Sequence record: OM337876.1
Source of the DNA: Klebsiella phage KP182
Direction: 5' to 3' (one strand)
DNA: 64,000 nt
A program made the translations under genes and the position numbers. The notes beneath the pieces are model-generated. The model did not search any database. It saw only the letters and a list, made by a program, of their open reading frames with translations, and was not told the origin of the DNA. Shown here piece after piece: positions 9,816-19,453 of this stretch; position 1 is the first letter of the stretch; each line of letters opens with the position of its first letter.

Positions 9816-10072
9816 TTTAATTTTCTCTCAAATTTATGCTTACAAGTCCGACATTTCATTTTCAGAATATCGGTTGTCCAATCGACAAGCTGTACTTGAA
9901 TACTACCACATTTTTCACAAGGCACAACTTGTTTAGCTGCAGCTTCTCGGCGGTCTACCATTTCAAGACAGGCATCCCAGTCAATTTTAAATTCAGGTAC
10001 AGGTGGATACTCAAACTCAATTTCAAGGTCGTTATCATCAACGACCATGTCTTCTTTTAATTGATTTTTCAC
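9812..10072 (-). CDS. zinc-ribbon protein
   Basis: 86-aa ORF with CEKCGS...CRTCKHKF four-Cys spacing. Confidence 0.45.
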   Translation of the reverse strand: MKNQLKEDMVVDDNDLEIEFEYPPVPEFKIDWDACLEMVDRREAAAKQVVPCEKCGSIQVQLVDWTTDILKMKCRTCKHKFERKLK

Positions 10073-11043
10073 AGTAAGCTCCGGGCATACTCGAGAGATT
10101 CATAACGCTCTTTGTATTCGTTAAGCGATTTAACTAAATCTGCCATCATCAATTCATGCTTAGCCAATTCAGCTTCTTTTGTGTCAATAAATCGCTTAAC
10201 CGATTCCATTTCGGCAGTAATACTATTCTTAGCGATTTCAATATGATTTACTGGTGTTAACGGAAGAGGCTTAACAACATTGAGATACATATGTGCTACA
10301 TCTTCATCAATAACTGAGGTGGTGCTCAATGTTTTAGGAAAAATCTTAAATGGGTCCAAATGTACTTCAAGAACAGATGAGTTTTCACCTTGCTGTTTAC
10401 AGCATGATTTTTTAACTACATCCATATGTTCTAATGCAGTACGAACTTGCGCTAAAAGCGCCCGAGCCGGATACTTTCCGCTGGACAAATGGCTATTAAT
10501 ATGAATTCGTACAGTTACATTGTCAAGCTCTTCGGCACGAATAAATGAAACACCCTTAGGATTTCTAGAACTAGTAGAAGATGCCTGGTATTTCACGCGG
10601 TCATCGCCTTTAAGCAAGCAAATTGAACGATTAAGAATACGGCGCAGGTTTGCATTAAATTCAGAACAGAAGATTTGAGCAGCGCTACGGTCATGTCTTT
10701 CTTCAGTTTTAAACACCCCTGCCGCAAAGCTATAACGCTGACCGTAAATTTTAGCATTGCCGATAGCAAACTTTTTGAGCTGTTTCTCTGCTGACATTGC
10801 ACCTAACCAGCGAGAACGACGAATGTTTTCTACAACAAAACTAACATAGTTGGCTTCATGTGCTGCCATGCTATTTAGAACACGACAAGCTACATTACCA
10901 GCAATTGCTACATTATAAGCAGCTGGATTTAAATCATGTAAAGCTGCCAAAACCTTTACGTGCTTCTCACGCTTTGACAGTCCTTTTCTGCTATGTTTAT
11001 CAAATTCACCGGCTACAAACATCTTTAATTCATTCTTATTCAT
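10069..11043 (-). CDS. hypothetical protein, nrdC-tk hypervariable region
   Basis: 324-aa ORF with a C-terminal coiled coil. No motif recognised. Confidence 0.45.
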   Translation of the reverse strand: MNKNELKMFVAGEFDKHSRKGLSKREKHVKVLAALHDLNPAAYNVAIAGNVACRVLNSMAAHEANYVSFVVENIRRSRWLGAMSAEKQLKKFAIGNAKIYGQRYSFAAGVFKTEERHDRSAAQIFCSEFNANLRRILNRSICLLKGDDRVKYQASSTSSRNPKGVSFIRAEELDNVTVRIHINSHLSSGKYPARALLAQVRTALEHMDVVKKSCCKQQGENSSVLEVHLDPFKIFPKTLSTTSVIDEDVAHMYLNVVKPLPLTPVNHIEIAKNSITAEMESVKRFIDTKEAELAKHELMMADLVKSLNEYKERYESLEYARSLL

Positions 11044-11113
11044 TATCTTTTCCTCTATTTTGGACTGGGCTCAAAGAGTATCTCAAAATCTCCCTGAACC
11101 CATTATACAACAA

Positions 11114-11902
11114 TTATTCCTCAAGCATTATAACTTTGCTTGGGCGCTTATAGAAAGCATGAGTTTTATCATCTTTCGCTAATTCAAATGTAGCAGTAAA
11201 CTGTACTTTGCCTCTGTATTCAAACGGAATACTTTTTGGAAGGGAGCCGTAAACCGTAGCTCCATTCTCAAGCACAACCATCATCTTACATTGTACGCCG
11301 TAATAGTCTTCATAAACTTTTACTGACGTTACGGTACCAGAGACAGTCACTCGTCCTTCCGGTGCATCCCCTTTATTCTTATTCAGCTCATTGAATATAT
11401 TATCAAAGACCTCTTTTGAATGTTCCTGGATAGCCTCTAAGATGCTCTTATGAGCTCTAACTTCTGCTATAACAACATCTGTGCCATCTTGCAATTTCCA
11501 CTCTTTATATGGAATGCGTACTTCAAGAGGATAACCATACTCCCGAAGTTCTTTGTACTCTTCTTGAGTTAAGCGGATTTTCCACCAGCCGTGGTCACTG
11601 GTATACTCAGGCTTATCCAGTGAATCCAATTCTGTAACATATGGCAAGTAACTACCTGCGTGATAAGCTTCAACTTCACCTAATTCATTTTCCCAAAGAT
11701 AACCATCAAAGGGAGCATGAGGACGATCGTCTTTGCCCCAAGTAGGAGCTACCACTTTATCAAAGTATTCACGACCGAAGCGGGTCTTCGCCCATCCAGC
11801 ATTCAACTCCTCGGCGCGTTTTTCAACTTTCGCTCGGTGTGCTTGGCGGGCTACACGATTTTCTTCAACAAGTGCAGAGATAATCTCGGTTAAAGTTTTC
11901 AT
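11114..11902 (-). CDS. hypothetical protein
   Basis: ORF called 11114..11932. The start is probably the internal MKTLTEII at 11902, preceded by GGAGAATAAA. The longer version would overlap promoter P2. Confidence 0.45.
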   Translation of the reverse strand: MKTLTEIISALVEENRVARQAHRAKVEKRAEELNAGWAKTRFGREYFDKVVAPTWGKDDRPHAPFDGYLWENELGEVEAYHAGSYLPYVTELDSLDKPEYTSDHGWWKIRLTQEEYKELREYGYPLEVRIPYKEWKLQDGTDVVIAEVRAHKSILEAIQEHSKEVFDNIFNELNKNKGDAPEGRVTVSGTVTSVKVYEDYYGVQCKMMVVLENGATVYGSLPKSIPFEYRGKVQFTATFELAKDDKTHAFYKRPSKVIMLEE

Positions 11903-11930
11903 TTTATTCTCCAGTTTGGTTGACGAGACC

Positions 11931-11960
11931 ATCTTATCAACAGCCTCGCCGAAAGTAAAC
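11931..11960 (-). promoter_or_regulatory. T4-type early promoter
   Basis: GTTTAC (rc 11955-11960), 15 nt, TGATAAGAT. Confidence 0.6.
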
Positions 11961-12226
11961 TACTTTGTGAAAAATTTTCTCCACAGCAGAACCGCCTCTC
12001 TACGAGATACTTCTACCGCTCCTAGAGATACTGCATCTTTACGACGGCAATCACGCAAATCATAGTGTGGAACTCGCTTATCCTGGAACCAAGAACGTTT
12101 CATTCCGATGGCTTCTGCCATAGCGTGTAACTCATCAAGGTTGTCGCTAAACATATGACAGTTCTTTACTTGATGACCTCTCATTTTCCAACCATGATTC
12201 ATCAAGACATCTACGTATACTGTCAT
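11960..12226 (-). CDS. DUF4031-like phage protein
   Basis: 88-aa ORF (MTVYVDVLMNHGWKMRGHQVKNCHMFSD...LHAMAEAIGMKRSWFQ), a conserved phage family. Confidence 0.5.
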   Translation of the reverse strand: MTVYVDVLMNHGWKMRGHQVKNCHMFSDNLDELHAMAEAIGMKRSWFQDKRVPHYDLRDCRRKDAVSLGAVEVSRREAVLLWRKFFTK

Positions 12227-12415
12227 TTCTGATTATCGATGTAGGTTTCAATGATGAACTGTGCTAAACACAGAAGATTATCTTCTGAAGGAGAATCTAC
12301 TAAATTCTCAACCATTTCAGAAATAGTTCCAAAAGCTTCTTCAGTATTGAACATTTCTTGAAGTTCGTTCCAAGTAGGTGCTTTCATTTCAATCTCCTCA
12401 TTAGTTAACGGAAGC

Positions 12416-12446
12416 TATCTTATCATGGCTTTTCTAAGATGTAAAC
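12416..12446 (-). promoter_or_regulatory. T4-type early promoter
   Basis: GTTTAC, 15 nt, TGATAAGATA. It drives a 55-aa ORF at 12223..12387. Confidence 0.6.
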
Positions 12447-12470
12447 AACAAAAGGGCCCGAAGGCCCTTA
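12441..12470 (-). terminator. UUCG-tetraloop terminator
   Basis: Minus strand has GGGCC-TTCG-GGCCC followed by TTTTGTTGTTT. Confidence 0.7.
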
Positions 12471-12755
12471 AAAAGATCGGAAATCACTGTTAAACCACGG
12501 AGACTGGTGCTCTCGCTGCTTAAGCAATTTCAGTTGGTGTTTCCTATTGTCTTCTATAATCATCTTAGAGGCTTTTAGCTCTTCAGCCAATGAGACCTGT
12601 TTACGGTCCATCAAGATGAGGTTCTGGGTCTTCTGGGCAAACGTCTGAATACCTTTGAGACACACAGTAGACTGTATCATCTTTCGCTCGTACTTATTCC
12701 GAGCTTGCGCCAACTGTTCGTTAAAGTAAGCGTGCATCTCAATCAGAGTATTCAT
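12468..12755 (-). CDS. hypothetical protein
   Basis: 95-aa ORF. Confidence 0.4.
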   Translation of the reverse strand: MNTLIEMHAYFNEQLAQARNKYERKMIQSTVCLKGIQTFAQKTQNLILMDRKQVSLAEELKASKMIIEDNRKHQLKLLKQREHQSPWFNSDFRSF

Positions 12756-12955
12756 ACCTTAACTACCTCACGGATAATGTCTTCAACGTTTTGCTCTGGA
12801 AACGCTACGCCATTCGTCTGCCCATGATGAAAAACCGCTTGGTATTCATTTGGAGCGCTTATCAACGTGTAATGAAGTGCATCACCTGGACGGCATTCGC
12901 CATCAATAAAGCGAGAAAAAATAATTTTGTATGTGTTCATATTAGGTCTTTGCAT
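12752..12955 (-). CDS. hypothetical protein
   Basis: 67-aa ORF. Confidence 0.35.
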   Translation of the reverse strand: MQRPNMNTYKIIFSRFIDGECRPGDALHYTLISAPNEYQAVFHHGQTNGVAFPEQNVEDIIREVVKV

Positions 12956-13241
12956 ATTTTACAATTTCTTCACGGTCAGGTTTCCAACTTAAGTCGGACG
13001 CTTTCTTACGAGACCATGCGATATTTTGTTCAGCCCAATGAAGTTTATATGATACATCCTTTTGAGCTTCACGAACGATATTCATAAGATGAAGTCCTAA
13101 ATCCCGTGGATTAGTACAATCATTACGAAATGCTTCATACAATATCATTGTCGCGACGTCTTTGAATCGCTGCTCTACTTCTGGAGAAATATGCTCAGCA
13201 TAATCTTCAAAAGGATATCCAAATTTATCTACTGGTTTCAT
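12942..13241 (-). CDS. hypothetical protein
   Basis: 99-aa ORF. Confidence 0.4.
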   Translation of the reverse strand: MKPVDKFGYPFEDYAEHISPEVEQRFKDVATMILYEAFRNDCTNPRDLGLHLMNIVREAQKDVSYKLHWAEQNIAWSRKKASDLSWKPDREEIVKYAKT

Positions 13242-13585
13242 AGTGAAAGCGCCTTCTTCTCATCAGGAGTTAATTTTGACAAAGCACTTTCACGCAGACG
13301 TACCATACGTGCTTTATATTGTTCAGGACTTTCGGTTTTAATTTCAACCGCAGCAGTCTTAGGAAAAGTCCAGCTTTCACCGTTTTCATTAGTGAAAGTA
13401 ATTAACTCCACAGGATTACGGTTTACTGTGCCGTTAGAGCCATACCAGGACTTCCCAGCGACCGATTCCATAGCAAGGCTGTGGGAATTATAATACCCAA
13501 AAAGAACGCTCTTACGATCGTCTGGAGAGACATAAGCAGCGTACGCAGATTGTTCAGTCATTACATAAGTTTTCATTGTACCCAC
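13238..13585 (-). CDS. hypothetical protein
   Basis: 115-aa ORF. Confidence 0.4.
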   Translation of the reverse strand: MGTMKTYVMTEQSAYAAYVSPDDRKSVLFGYYNSHSLAMESVAGKSWYGSNGTVNRNPVELITFTNENGESWTFPKTAAVEIKTESPEQYKARMVRLRESALSKLTPDEKKALSL

Positions 13586-13761
13586 GCTCCGTTTTCATCA
13601 ATGTAATTAATCCACTCGTTAATAGTCCAGGAAGAGGTATCACCTTTAGGAGTATCAACGATATACATTCCGCCTTTAAACAAAACACGTTTTACATCAT
13701 TAGAAATTAAAGTAGCCATTATATTTTCCTCAGTTAGGGAGGATTTCTCCTCCCGTTTAAA

Positions 13762-14739
13762 TTATTTCAGCATTGTTACTTCAGCAATTGTCCGCCAATT
13801 TTTACGGTCAGTCGCGACGAAATCACCAATATAAAGAGCAGTACGGAGAGATACATTACGCAGACGATTTACGTTATCTTTCATAAATTCCAAAACTTCA
13901 ATAACTTCAGAATTTCTTAACCCACGGTTCTGTAACATAGAAGTGGTCATTATTACATCTTGAACACGAACCATAATCTCTTCATTAGTGTGAACACCAA
14001 GGTCAAGATAAACCGAACGTGATACCAGAGCTTGAAGATGCGGAGCAAGTTTAGAACCGCGCTCTAATTCACGGTCAATATCAACGTTAGTGATAAAGAC
14101 CACAGTACCTTCAAACTCAAACTCATTAGGAATTCCTTTATCTTCCAAGAAAGAAGATGCAGTGCTCCAACATACTTTACGTTTCTCCCCTGAATCCAAA
14201 GCAGCTTTCAGAAGGTTAAGAATGTCCATATCAGAGAATACATCCACATCATCAATAAGCAGAACTGAATTTGCTTCACGTGATTCCCAGAGACGGCAGT
14301 ATAAACCAATTCCTGAGATTTTACCGTTCACTGATTTGTAATCAATAGCGTTAGTATCATGAGCATGTTGTAATGCTTTATCCAAAGAGTAAGTCTTACC
14401 GATACCTGCTGCTCCGGAGATAATCAGAGAACGAATGTTCCCGTGGATTAAACCGTTAGTCATTAATCCCATAACGTTAAAGCGTTTCTTGATACGCTCT
14501 TTCATTTCATCAACGGATTCAACAACTTCAATTTTAGACGCTACACCGTCAACTGTAATATCATCTTTGAATACCCAAACACCACGCTTTTTACCATTAA
14601 GTTCAACAAAGACTTTACCATCACCCTGGCGAGAATCTTCAGCACTTAAGCTATCCGGGAACCACTCACCGAGTAACTCATAAGTACCTGAAATCTCTTT
14701 GCCGAAGTAAATCCCTTTCTTGATGGTGATAGTTGACAT
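13762..14739 (-). CDS. P-loop ATPase (AAA-like)
   Basis: Walker A GAAGIGKT and Walker B LLIDDVD. The real start is MSTITIKK at 14739, preceded by GGAGAATAAA. The called ORF extends to 14799 through the leader. Confidence 0.6.
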   Translation of the reverse strand: MSTITIKKGIYFGKEISGTYELLGEWFPDSLSAEDSRQGDGKVFVELNGKKRGVWVFKDDITVDGVASKIEVVESVDEMKERIKKRFNVMGLMTNGLIHGNIRSLIISGAAGIGKTYSLDKALQHAHDTNAIDYKSVNGKISGIGLYCRLWESREANSVLLIDDVDVFSDMDILNLLKAALDSGEKRKVCWSTASSFLEDKGIPNEFEFEGTVVFITNVDIDRELERGSKLAPHLQALVSRSVYLDLGVHTNEEIMVRVQDVIMTTSMLQNRGLRNSEVIEVLEFMKDNVNRLRNVSLRTALYIGDFVATDRKNWRTIAEVTMLK

Positions 14740-14775
14740 TTTATTCTCCGTTACTCTGTTTTGTTTTGATGGAGC

Positions 14776-14806
14776 TATAGTATCATTATACAGCTCCAAA
14801 GTAAAC
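14776..14806 (-). promoter_or_regulatory. T4-type early promoter plus conserved leader
   Basis: GTTTAC, 15 nt, TGATACTATA. The 45-nt promoter/leader is identical to the one at 31071-31115. Confidence 0.7.
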
Positions 14807-14816
14807 TACTTTTTAA

Positions 14817-15032
14817 TTATTTTTCTAAAATTTCATTGATGTAGTAAGGACGAACCTTTGAACCGAGATAGAAGTCATCCACAAAATCAATCAAGTTGTC
14901 AGTTTCACCACGGATGATAGCAAGCTTAGAGAATGCTTCTCCTACCATCATTGGTTCAAATTCTACACCGTGAGCTTCAGCAGCTTTAAAGGCTTTATCA
15001 ATGTTGTTTACGACGATTTCTAAAGTTTTCAT
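14817..15032 (-). CDS. hypothetical protein
   Basis: Start at MKTLEIVVNN, preceded by GGAGAATAAAATG. Confidence 0.4.
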   Translation of the reverse strand: MKTLEIVVNNIDKAFKAAEAHGVEFEPMMVGEAFSKLAIIRGETDNLIDFVDDFYLGSKVRPYYINEILEK

Positions 15033-15068
15033 TTTATTCTCCATTGTATCTGTTTGGGTGGTACATGT

Positions 15069-15099
15069 CTATAGTATCATCAGCTAACGAGCTTGTATA
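15069..15099 (-). promoter_or_regulatory. T4-type early promoter (-35 variant GTATAC)
   Basis: GTATAC, 15 nt, TGATACTATA. Confidence 0.55.
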
Positions 15100-15118
15100 C
15101 TACTTTATGCATTCTTTT

Positions 15119-15150
15119 GAAACAAAAAGAGGAGCCCGAAGGCTCCTCAG
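15119..15150 (-). terminator. UUCG-tetraloop terminator
   Basis: Minus strand has GAGGAGCC-TTCG-GGCTCCTC followed by TTTTTGTTT. Confidence 0.7.
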
Positions 15151-15390
15151 TTATGCGTGCTTGTTGATAGCGTTTTCTGCGATACGCTTTGGAAGTTTAC
15201 CTGCCCAGAGGAAGAACATGATAATCGCTCCAACAATAAAAGCAGGGAACCAAAAGATGAGATAGAACCAATACTCTCCTACCTTCTCAATAGTTCCGTT
15301 TTTGATTAGATGCTTACAGACAGACCAACCCACGACAAAGTAAATTATTGCAACAACGATTGGCACTACTACGCTCCAAAGTAAAATCAT
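15151..15390 (-). CDS. small membrane protein
   Basis: 79-aa ORF with two hydrophobic segments. Confidence 0.45.
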   Translation of the reverse strand: MILLWSVVVPIVVAIIYFVVGWSVCKHLIKNGTIEKVGEYWFYLIFWFPAFIVGAIIMFFLWAGKLPKRIAENAINKHA

Positions 15391-15608
15391 ATTTCAGCCC
15401 AATAAAGTGAGAACCGGAGCTCTTCTCCGGCCCATGACATAAATTGGTGGATTTGTTTTCGAGTTGGTCGAGCAGAGAATTTAGCATTTTCTCTACGACC
15501 AGTCTCTCTGCAAACTGCTTCCAAATACCACCGTCTACCTTTATGAGGTCTTCCATAATTCAAGAAGACCTTCATTGTATCATTTGTAGTAAGAATTGTG
15601 GTTTTCAA
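15387..15608 (-). CDS. hypothetical protein
   Basis: 73-aa basic ORF. Confidence 0.35.
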   Translation of the reverse strand: MKTTILTTNDTMKVFLNYGRPHKGRRWYLEAVCRETGRRENAKFSARPTRKQIHQFMSWAGEELRFSLYWAEI

Positions 15609-16590
15609 GATAAACCTTCTCGACGAAATCGTCCCAGAACTTCATGTCTACTTTCTTAGGCATTCCGTTCTTTTCAGCAGTATGAGCTAGAATTTCTACT
15701 TCATCTACTACAGACTCGAGAAGCTCCTGTACTTCTTTGAACGGTAACTCACCTGCTTTGACCATCTTGACCATTTTAGCATGGGTCAGAGGGAATTGAA
15801 GGTCACCAGTCATATAGATTTCCTGAAGCTGCAGACCTGCACGAAGAGCATGACTCAGTGCTTTCCAGTCAACGCCTTCGTTAGCTTCTGCCTTACGAGC
15901 ACGTTCACCATATTCAGCATCAAGTTTCTCAAGAGAATACTTCATCTCTTTGATAGTGATAGTCGTCTGGAATTTACGACCCAGAACGTTATAAAACTTC
16001 TGCTCGCCTGATTTGTGGTCAACGAAGGTGGTCCATTCGAGGAATTCACCGAGAGGAAGTTTCTCTGCGATATCCTGTACTTTCCAACGCTCATTGATAC
16101 CCTTCTGCTGAGGACGATCGTCATATTTCCATTCAGGAACATCTCTGATAACATCCAGGACTTTATGCAGGTCAGCTAAACGAGAACCCTTAACACCATA
16201 CTTACCTGCTTGCTTACGGACATATCCAAGATAAGCCTTCATGTCAGTAGTATAAAAACGAGCTCGGTTGTCTTGAATGAATTTCCATACTTCAGGAAGG
16301 TCAGATGCAACTACCAATTCCGGTGGAGTATGCAGCATATCCAACGCGACAGTTTCACCGTCAGCAGCGAGCTTGAAGAAATACTTTAAGCTGAACAGCT
16401 CATGATCAATGTCGTCTTTGGTATTTTTGGTTGCACTGTTATTCGTATTACGGTTAGTATGATTCATCGCTTGACACATCAGAATATCACGCGGATGAGG
16501 AACAAAGATTTCTTTGAAATCCACATCTGATTCAGGAGTTGAAGTACCGTATAGATGCGAACCAAAATAAGATTTTACGATTGTTTTCAT
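15580..16590 (-). CDS. predicted nucleotidyltransferase (minimal Pol-beta-like NTase fold)
   Basis: 336-aa ORF with an N-terminal GSHLYGTSTPESDVD motif, matching the GS-x9-13-DxD nucleotidyltransferase signature. Confidence 0.5.
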   Translation of the reverse strand: MKTIVKSYFGSHLYGTSTPESDVDFKEIFVPHPRDILMCQAMNHTNRNTNNSATKNTKDDIDHELFSLKYFFKLAADGETVALDMLHTPPELVVASDLPEVWKFIQDNRARFYTTDMKAYLGYVRKQAGKYGVKGSRLADLHKVLDVIRDVPEWKYDDRPQQKGINERWKVQDIAEKLPLGEFLEWTTFVDHKSGEQKFYNVLGRKFQTTITIKEMKYSLEKLDAEYGERARKAEANEGVDWKALSHALRAGLQLQEIYMTGDLQFPLTHAKMVKMVKAGELPFKEVQELLESVVDEVEILAHTAEKNGMPKKVDMKFWDDFVEKVYLENHNSYYK

Positions 16591-17009
16591 AAGTAAATAT
16601 GATTCCCTTTAGCGAATTTAACTAATGCATTAGAACGCTTGACGGCTTCTTCTGCTCGAGTTTTATCTGTAGTTCTTTTTGATGTACGGTAAACATTACC
16701 AATTTTTTGACTGGTGTAATAATACACTACCTCATGAGTATGATACTCTTGTCCATCAGGATGCTGCTCACGACAAGTTTCTTCACGTAATGTGGTTTCA
16801 TACATAGGAACTAATGCCCAATCAATTCCTGTGCTAATGATTGCCACCTGGATGTCAAGTCTGTTCCAGCGAAACGCATTGATATATCCTAGGACCCGTG
16901 ATTCCGGGTCCATCATTGCGAATTTAATGTTTTCGGCTGAAGCTAATGGCATCTGTTTCACAATGCTCATACTAAGTTTTTTCTTAGTAGTTACGATTTC
17001 AATTTCCAT
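16587..17009 (-). CDS. hypothetical protein
   Basis: 140-aa ORF. Confidence 0.4.
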   Translation of the reverse strand: MEIEIVTTKKKLSMSIVKQMPLASAENIKFAMMDPESRVLGYINAFRWNRLDIQVAIISTGIDWALVPMYETTLREETCREQHPDGQEYHTHEVVYYYTSQKIGNVYRTSKRTTDKTRAEEAVKRSNALVKFAKGNHIYL

Positions 17010-17212
17010 GACCCGCCCTCATAATGTATGTCTAAATCAATGTTATCTTTGCCGCTGTACTTGCCAGTCAAAGGAATAAATTTAACCGTAACCTTTTCGC
17101 CGTCATCAAAAGTAAATTCGGCAATAGGGTATGTAGAAATTATACCACGTTCGGTTTTAGCACGAAATACGGCCCGAAGGCCGTTCACAATATAAACTTG
17201 ATCATTCTTCAC
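16991..17212 (-). CDS. hypothetical protein
   Basis: 73-aa ORF. Confidence 0.35.
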   Translation of the reverse strand: MKNDQVYIVNGLRAVFRAKTERGIISTYPIAEFTFDDGEKVTVKFIPLTGKYSGKDNIDLDIHYEGGSWKLKS

Positions 17213-17702
17213 TAGTTTTACCTTCTACATAATCAATCATTGGGCAGACTTTCCGCTTACGGGCTTTTAAATACTGGACAAATACCGATGGTTCGGCTTC
17301 TGCAGGAAGACCCGCTTTTACTCGAGCAAGTTTTTTGGTATACTGTTTCTGATTGCGGTAGTGTTTAAATTTTTCTAAACCAAAAATAAATCCAAACGCT
17401 ATAGCTGCAAATAAAAGCACAAATGCTGCTATAACCACTGCGCCAACTGGTACTGCTATAACATTTAACCAAAGCGCAGATAAACTAATACCCATCCAAG
17501 CGAGAATTCCTGTCTCTGCCACAATCGGCCAACCGAACATCCATGCAACAGAACCGATGAATGTGATAATCGCTGAAGAGAATAGAACATGAAGTACTGT
17601 TGTCCAGAAGTATCCACATAGAGTTTTTGGCATTTTCCACATGTTGTCAGATTTAAACCACAGGTTCATTTTGAAATGCCAAGAGTTTTTATTAATATTC
17701 AT
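17202..17702 (-). CDS. membrane protein
   Basis: 166-aa ORF with about four transmembrane segments. Confidence 0.45.
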   Translation of the reverse strand: MNINKNSWHFKMNLWFKSDNMWKMPKTLCGYFWTTVLHVLFSSAIITFIGSVAWMFGWPIVAETGILAWMGISLSALWLNVIAVPVGAVVIAAFVLLFAAIAFGFIFGLEKFKHYRNQKQYTKKLARVKAGLPAEAEPSVFVQYLKARKRKVCPMIDYVEGKTSEE

Positions 17703-17932
17703 TAGTTATCCTGTTTCATAGTTGGAATCATTGCGGTAAGATATTTGACCAGTTCAATAGCGTCGCTTTTATCAATAGCTACACAATCTCCGTCACGTTC
17801 AATTTCGATGATAGTATTATGTTCATACGTGTGGAATACCGTAAGATACAAATCAATAACATGCGGGCTTTCATCTTCAATTACTGCATCGCCTTTACGG
17901 GATTTTCCGTCCCATACTAATTTACTCGCCAT
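17702..17932 (-). CDS. hypothetical protein
   Basis: 76-aa ORF. Confidence 0.35.
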   Translation of the reverse strand: MASKLVWDGKSRKGDAVIEDESPHVIDLYLTVFHTYEHNTIIEIERDGDCVAIDKSDAIELVKYLTAMIPTMKQDN

Positions 17933-18115
17933 CTTTTGCCTCTATCAAGAATTGAATTAATGAATCAATTTGTTTAGTATCAAGATGAATTATATCATTG
18001 CCTTGTTTTAGCACGATACGACTCAACTTTTTAGTGAAATACGAATTCACAACCTTTACATGCACATCGCTGTACGGATTATCTAAATTGGTACTATCAA
18101 GAATACTTTCCATAA

Positions 18116-18382
18116 TTACCTCAATTGTGAATCTTTTGAACCGCGACGATTATAGGCAGAAGTCATTACTGTATCCCACTTTCCTTGACATTCTACACAC
18201 CGTTGACAGCCTTTAACCAACAGACGACGAGCTACTGGGATTTCCTCATCACAATCAACACAGAACTCTTCGGATTCCCGCTGTTCTTGGAGTTGTTTCT
18301 GAAGACGGGCCCATTCAATCCCGTCTGCTATTGTAGCTTCGCGAGTTGCAAATCCGTCATCTGATGGGCCCCATCCATTCAT
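18116..18382 (-). CDS. DksA/TraR-family C4 zinc-finger protein
   Basis: 88-aa ORF with CVDCDEEIPVARRLLVKGCQRCVECQ. Confidence 0.55.
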   Translation of the reverse strand: MNGWGPSDDGFATREATIADGIEWARLQKQLQEQRESEEFCVDCDEEIPVARRLLVKGCQRCVECQGKWDTVMTSAYNRRGSKDSQLR

Positions 18383-18473
18383 TTCAAACTCTCCAGAATC
18401 ATTTGCACCAAATTATATGTAAACATCGGATGCTGGTATTGTACCACAATATAGATGATAAGTAAAACGTTTC

Positions 18474-18962
18474 TCATTCTTCGCCATCATCAAAGTCGTA
18501 GTAATCATAATCACAACTGTCAAGATAAGAATCCATAAATTCTTGTTGACGGCGGAAATCTTCAGAAGGCGTCAGTCTGTCTGCATATGCTTGATCATCT
18601 GGATCGCTGAACTTATTTTCTTGGAGCTCTTTGATGAACTGTTCAGCTTCTTCACGAGTCCAAAAACCACGATTAAGATTATGAACAGAACGCTTTTCAC
18701 CTGGCTTGAATACACCCATATCATGGGCAGACCGTTCAGTTGAATAACTTTCAGTTTTTCCATGATAATTTTCATATTCACAAATCACTTGGAAGAAAGG
18801 AGATTTACGTGAATATACACCACGAAGACCAAGTTCTACATCATATGTGCCTGAAGCAACAATGTAACGCGTTATTTCGCCGGTTTTAGTTTCTGTGCGA
18901 TTAACACCACACACGTGATAAAAGATTTTTCCGGGTTGAAGCTCAGTGGTTAACTTAATCAT
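18474..18962 (-). CDS. hypothetical protein
   Basis: 162-aa ORF with an acidic C-terminus. Confidence 0.4.
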   Translation of the reverse strand: MIKLTTELQPGKIFYHVCGVNRTETKTGEITRYIVASGTYDVELGLRGVYSRKSPFFQVICEYENYHGKTESYSTERSAHDMGVFKPGEKRSVHNLNRGFWTREEAEQFIKELQENKFSDPDDQAYADRLTPSEDFRRQQEFMDSYLDSCDYDYYDFDDGEE

Positions 18963-18993
18963 AATGTTTTTCTCGTTTGGTTGTTGATATGTC

Positions 18994-19023
18994 TATAGTA
19001 TCATGTAATGAAGGGAAGTAAAC
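18994..19023 (-). promoter_or_regulatory. T4-type early promoter
   Basis: GTTTAC, 14 nt, TGATACTATA. Confidence 0.65.
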
Positions 19024-19039
19024 AACTTTTTGAAAAGAA

Positions 19040-19066
19040 AATGCCTCCCGAAGGAGGCGGAGGGTA
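19040..19066 (-). terminator. UUCG-tetraloop terminator
   Basis: Minus strand has CCTCC-TTCG-GGAGG followed by CATTTTCTTTTC. Confidence 0.6.
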
Positions 19067-19453
19067 TTACTGCAATGATAACAAATACTTAGTCTTGTAG
19101 CATAGACCTGTAATGTCATCCAGAACACTTTGGAGGGCGGCAGGAACGGACTTGTAGATACCATCGGCCTTAGCCAGAATGAAGTCTAGCATTTCAATGG
19201 TGTCCTTTGGCAGCTCTTTCTGCGATGGTAAAGCCGGTGTATAACTCTTACCTGAGAATCCTAACCACTGCTCACCAAAAGCATCTATCAAATCTGGAAT
19301 CTCGTTAAAGAAAACTTCATACGCTTTATGTCTGGCATACGATTTGGTATCAAAATGCGCTGAATGAAAATACGCTTGAGACACCATAAGTAAACCGATG
19401 AATTCATCTTGCGGAGTAAGTTTACCGTCCTTTACAAAATCATTGAACTTCAT
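19067..19453 (-). CDS. hypothetical protein
   Basis: 128-aa ORF. Confidence 0.4.
   Translation of the reverse strand: MKFNDFVKDGKLTPQDEFIGLLMVSQAYFHSAHFDTKSYARHKAYEVFFNEIPDLIDAFGEQWLGFSGKSYTPALPSQKELPKDTIEMLDFILAKADGIYKSVPAALQSVLDDITGLCYKTKYLLSLQ

Noticed and set aside
10069-11043. 324-aa ORF considered as MobD/mobE-type endonuclease
   Set aside because: No HNH, GIY-YIG or LAGLIDADG motif is visible, so it is left as hypothetical.
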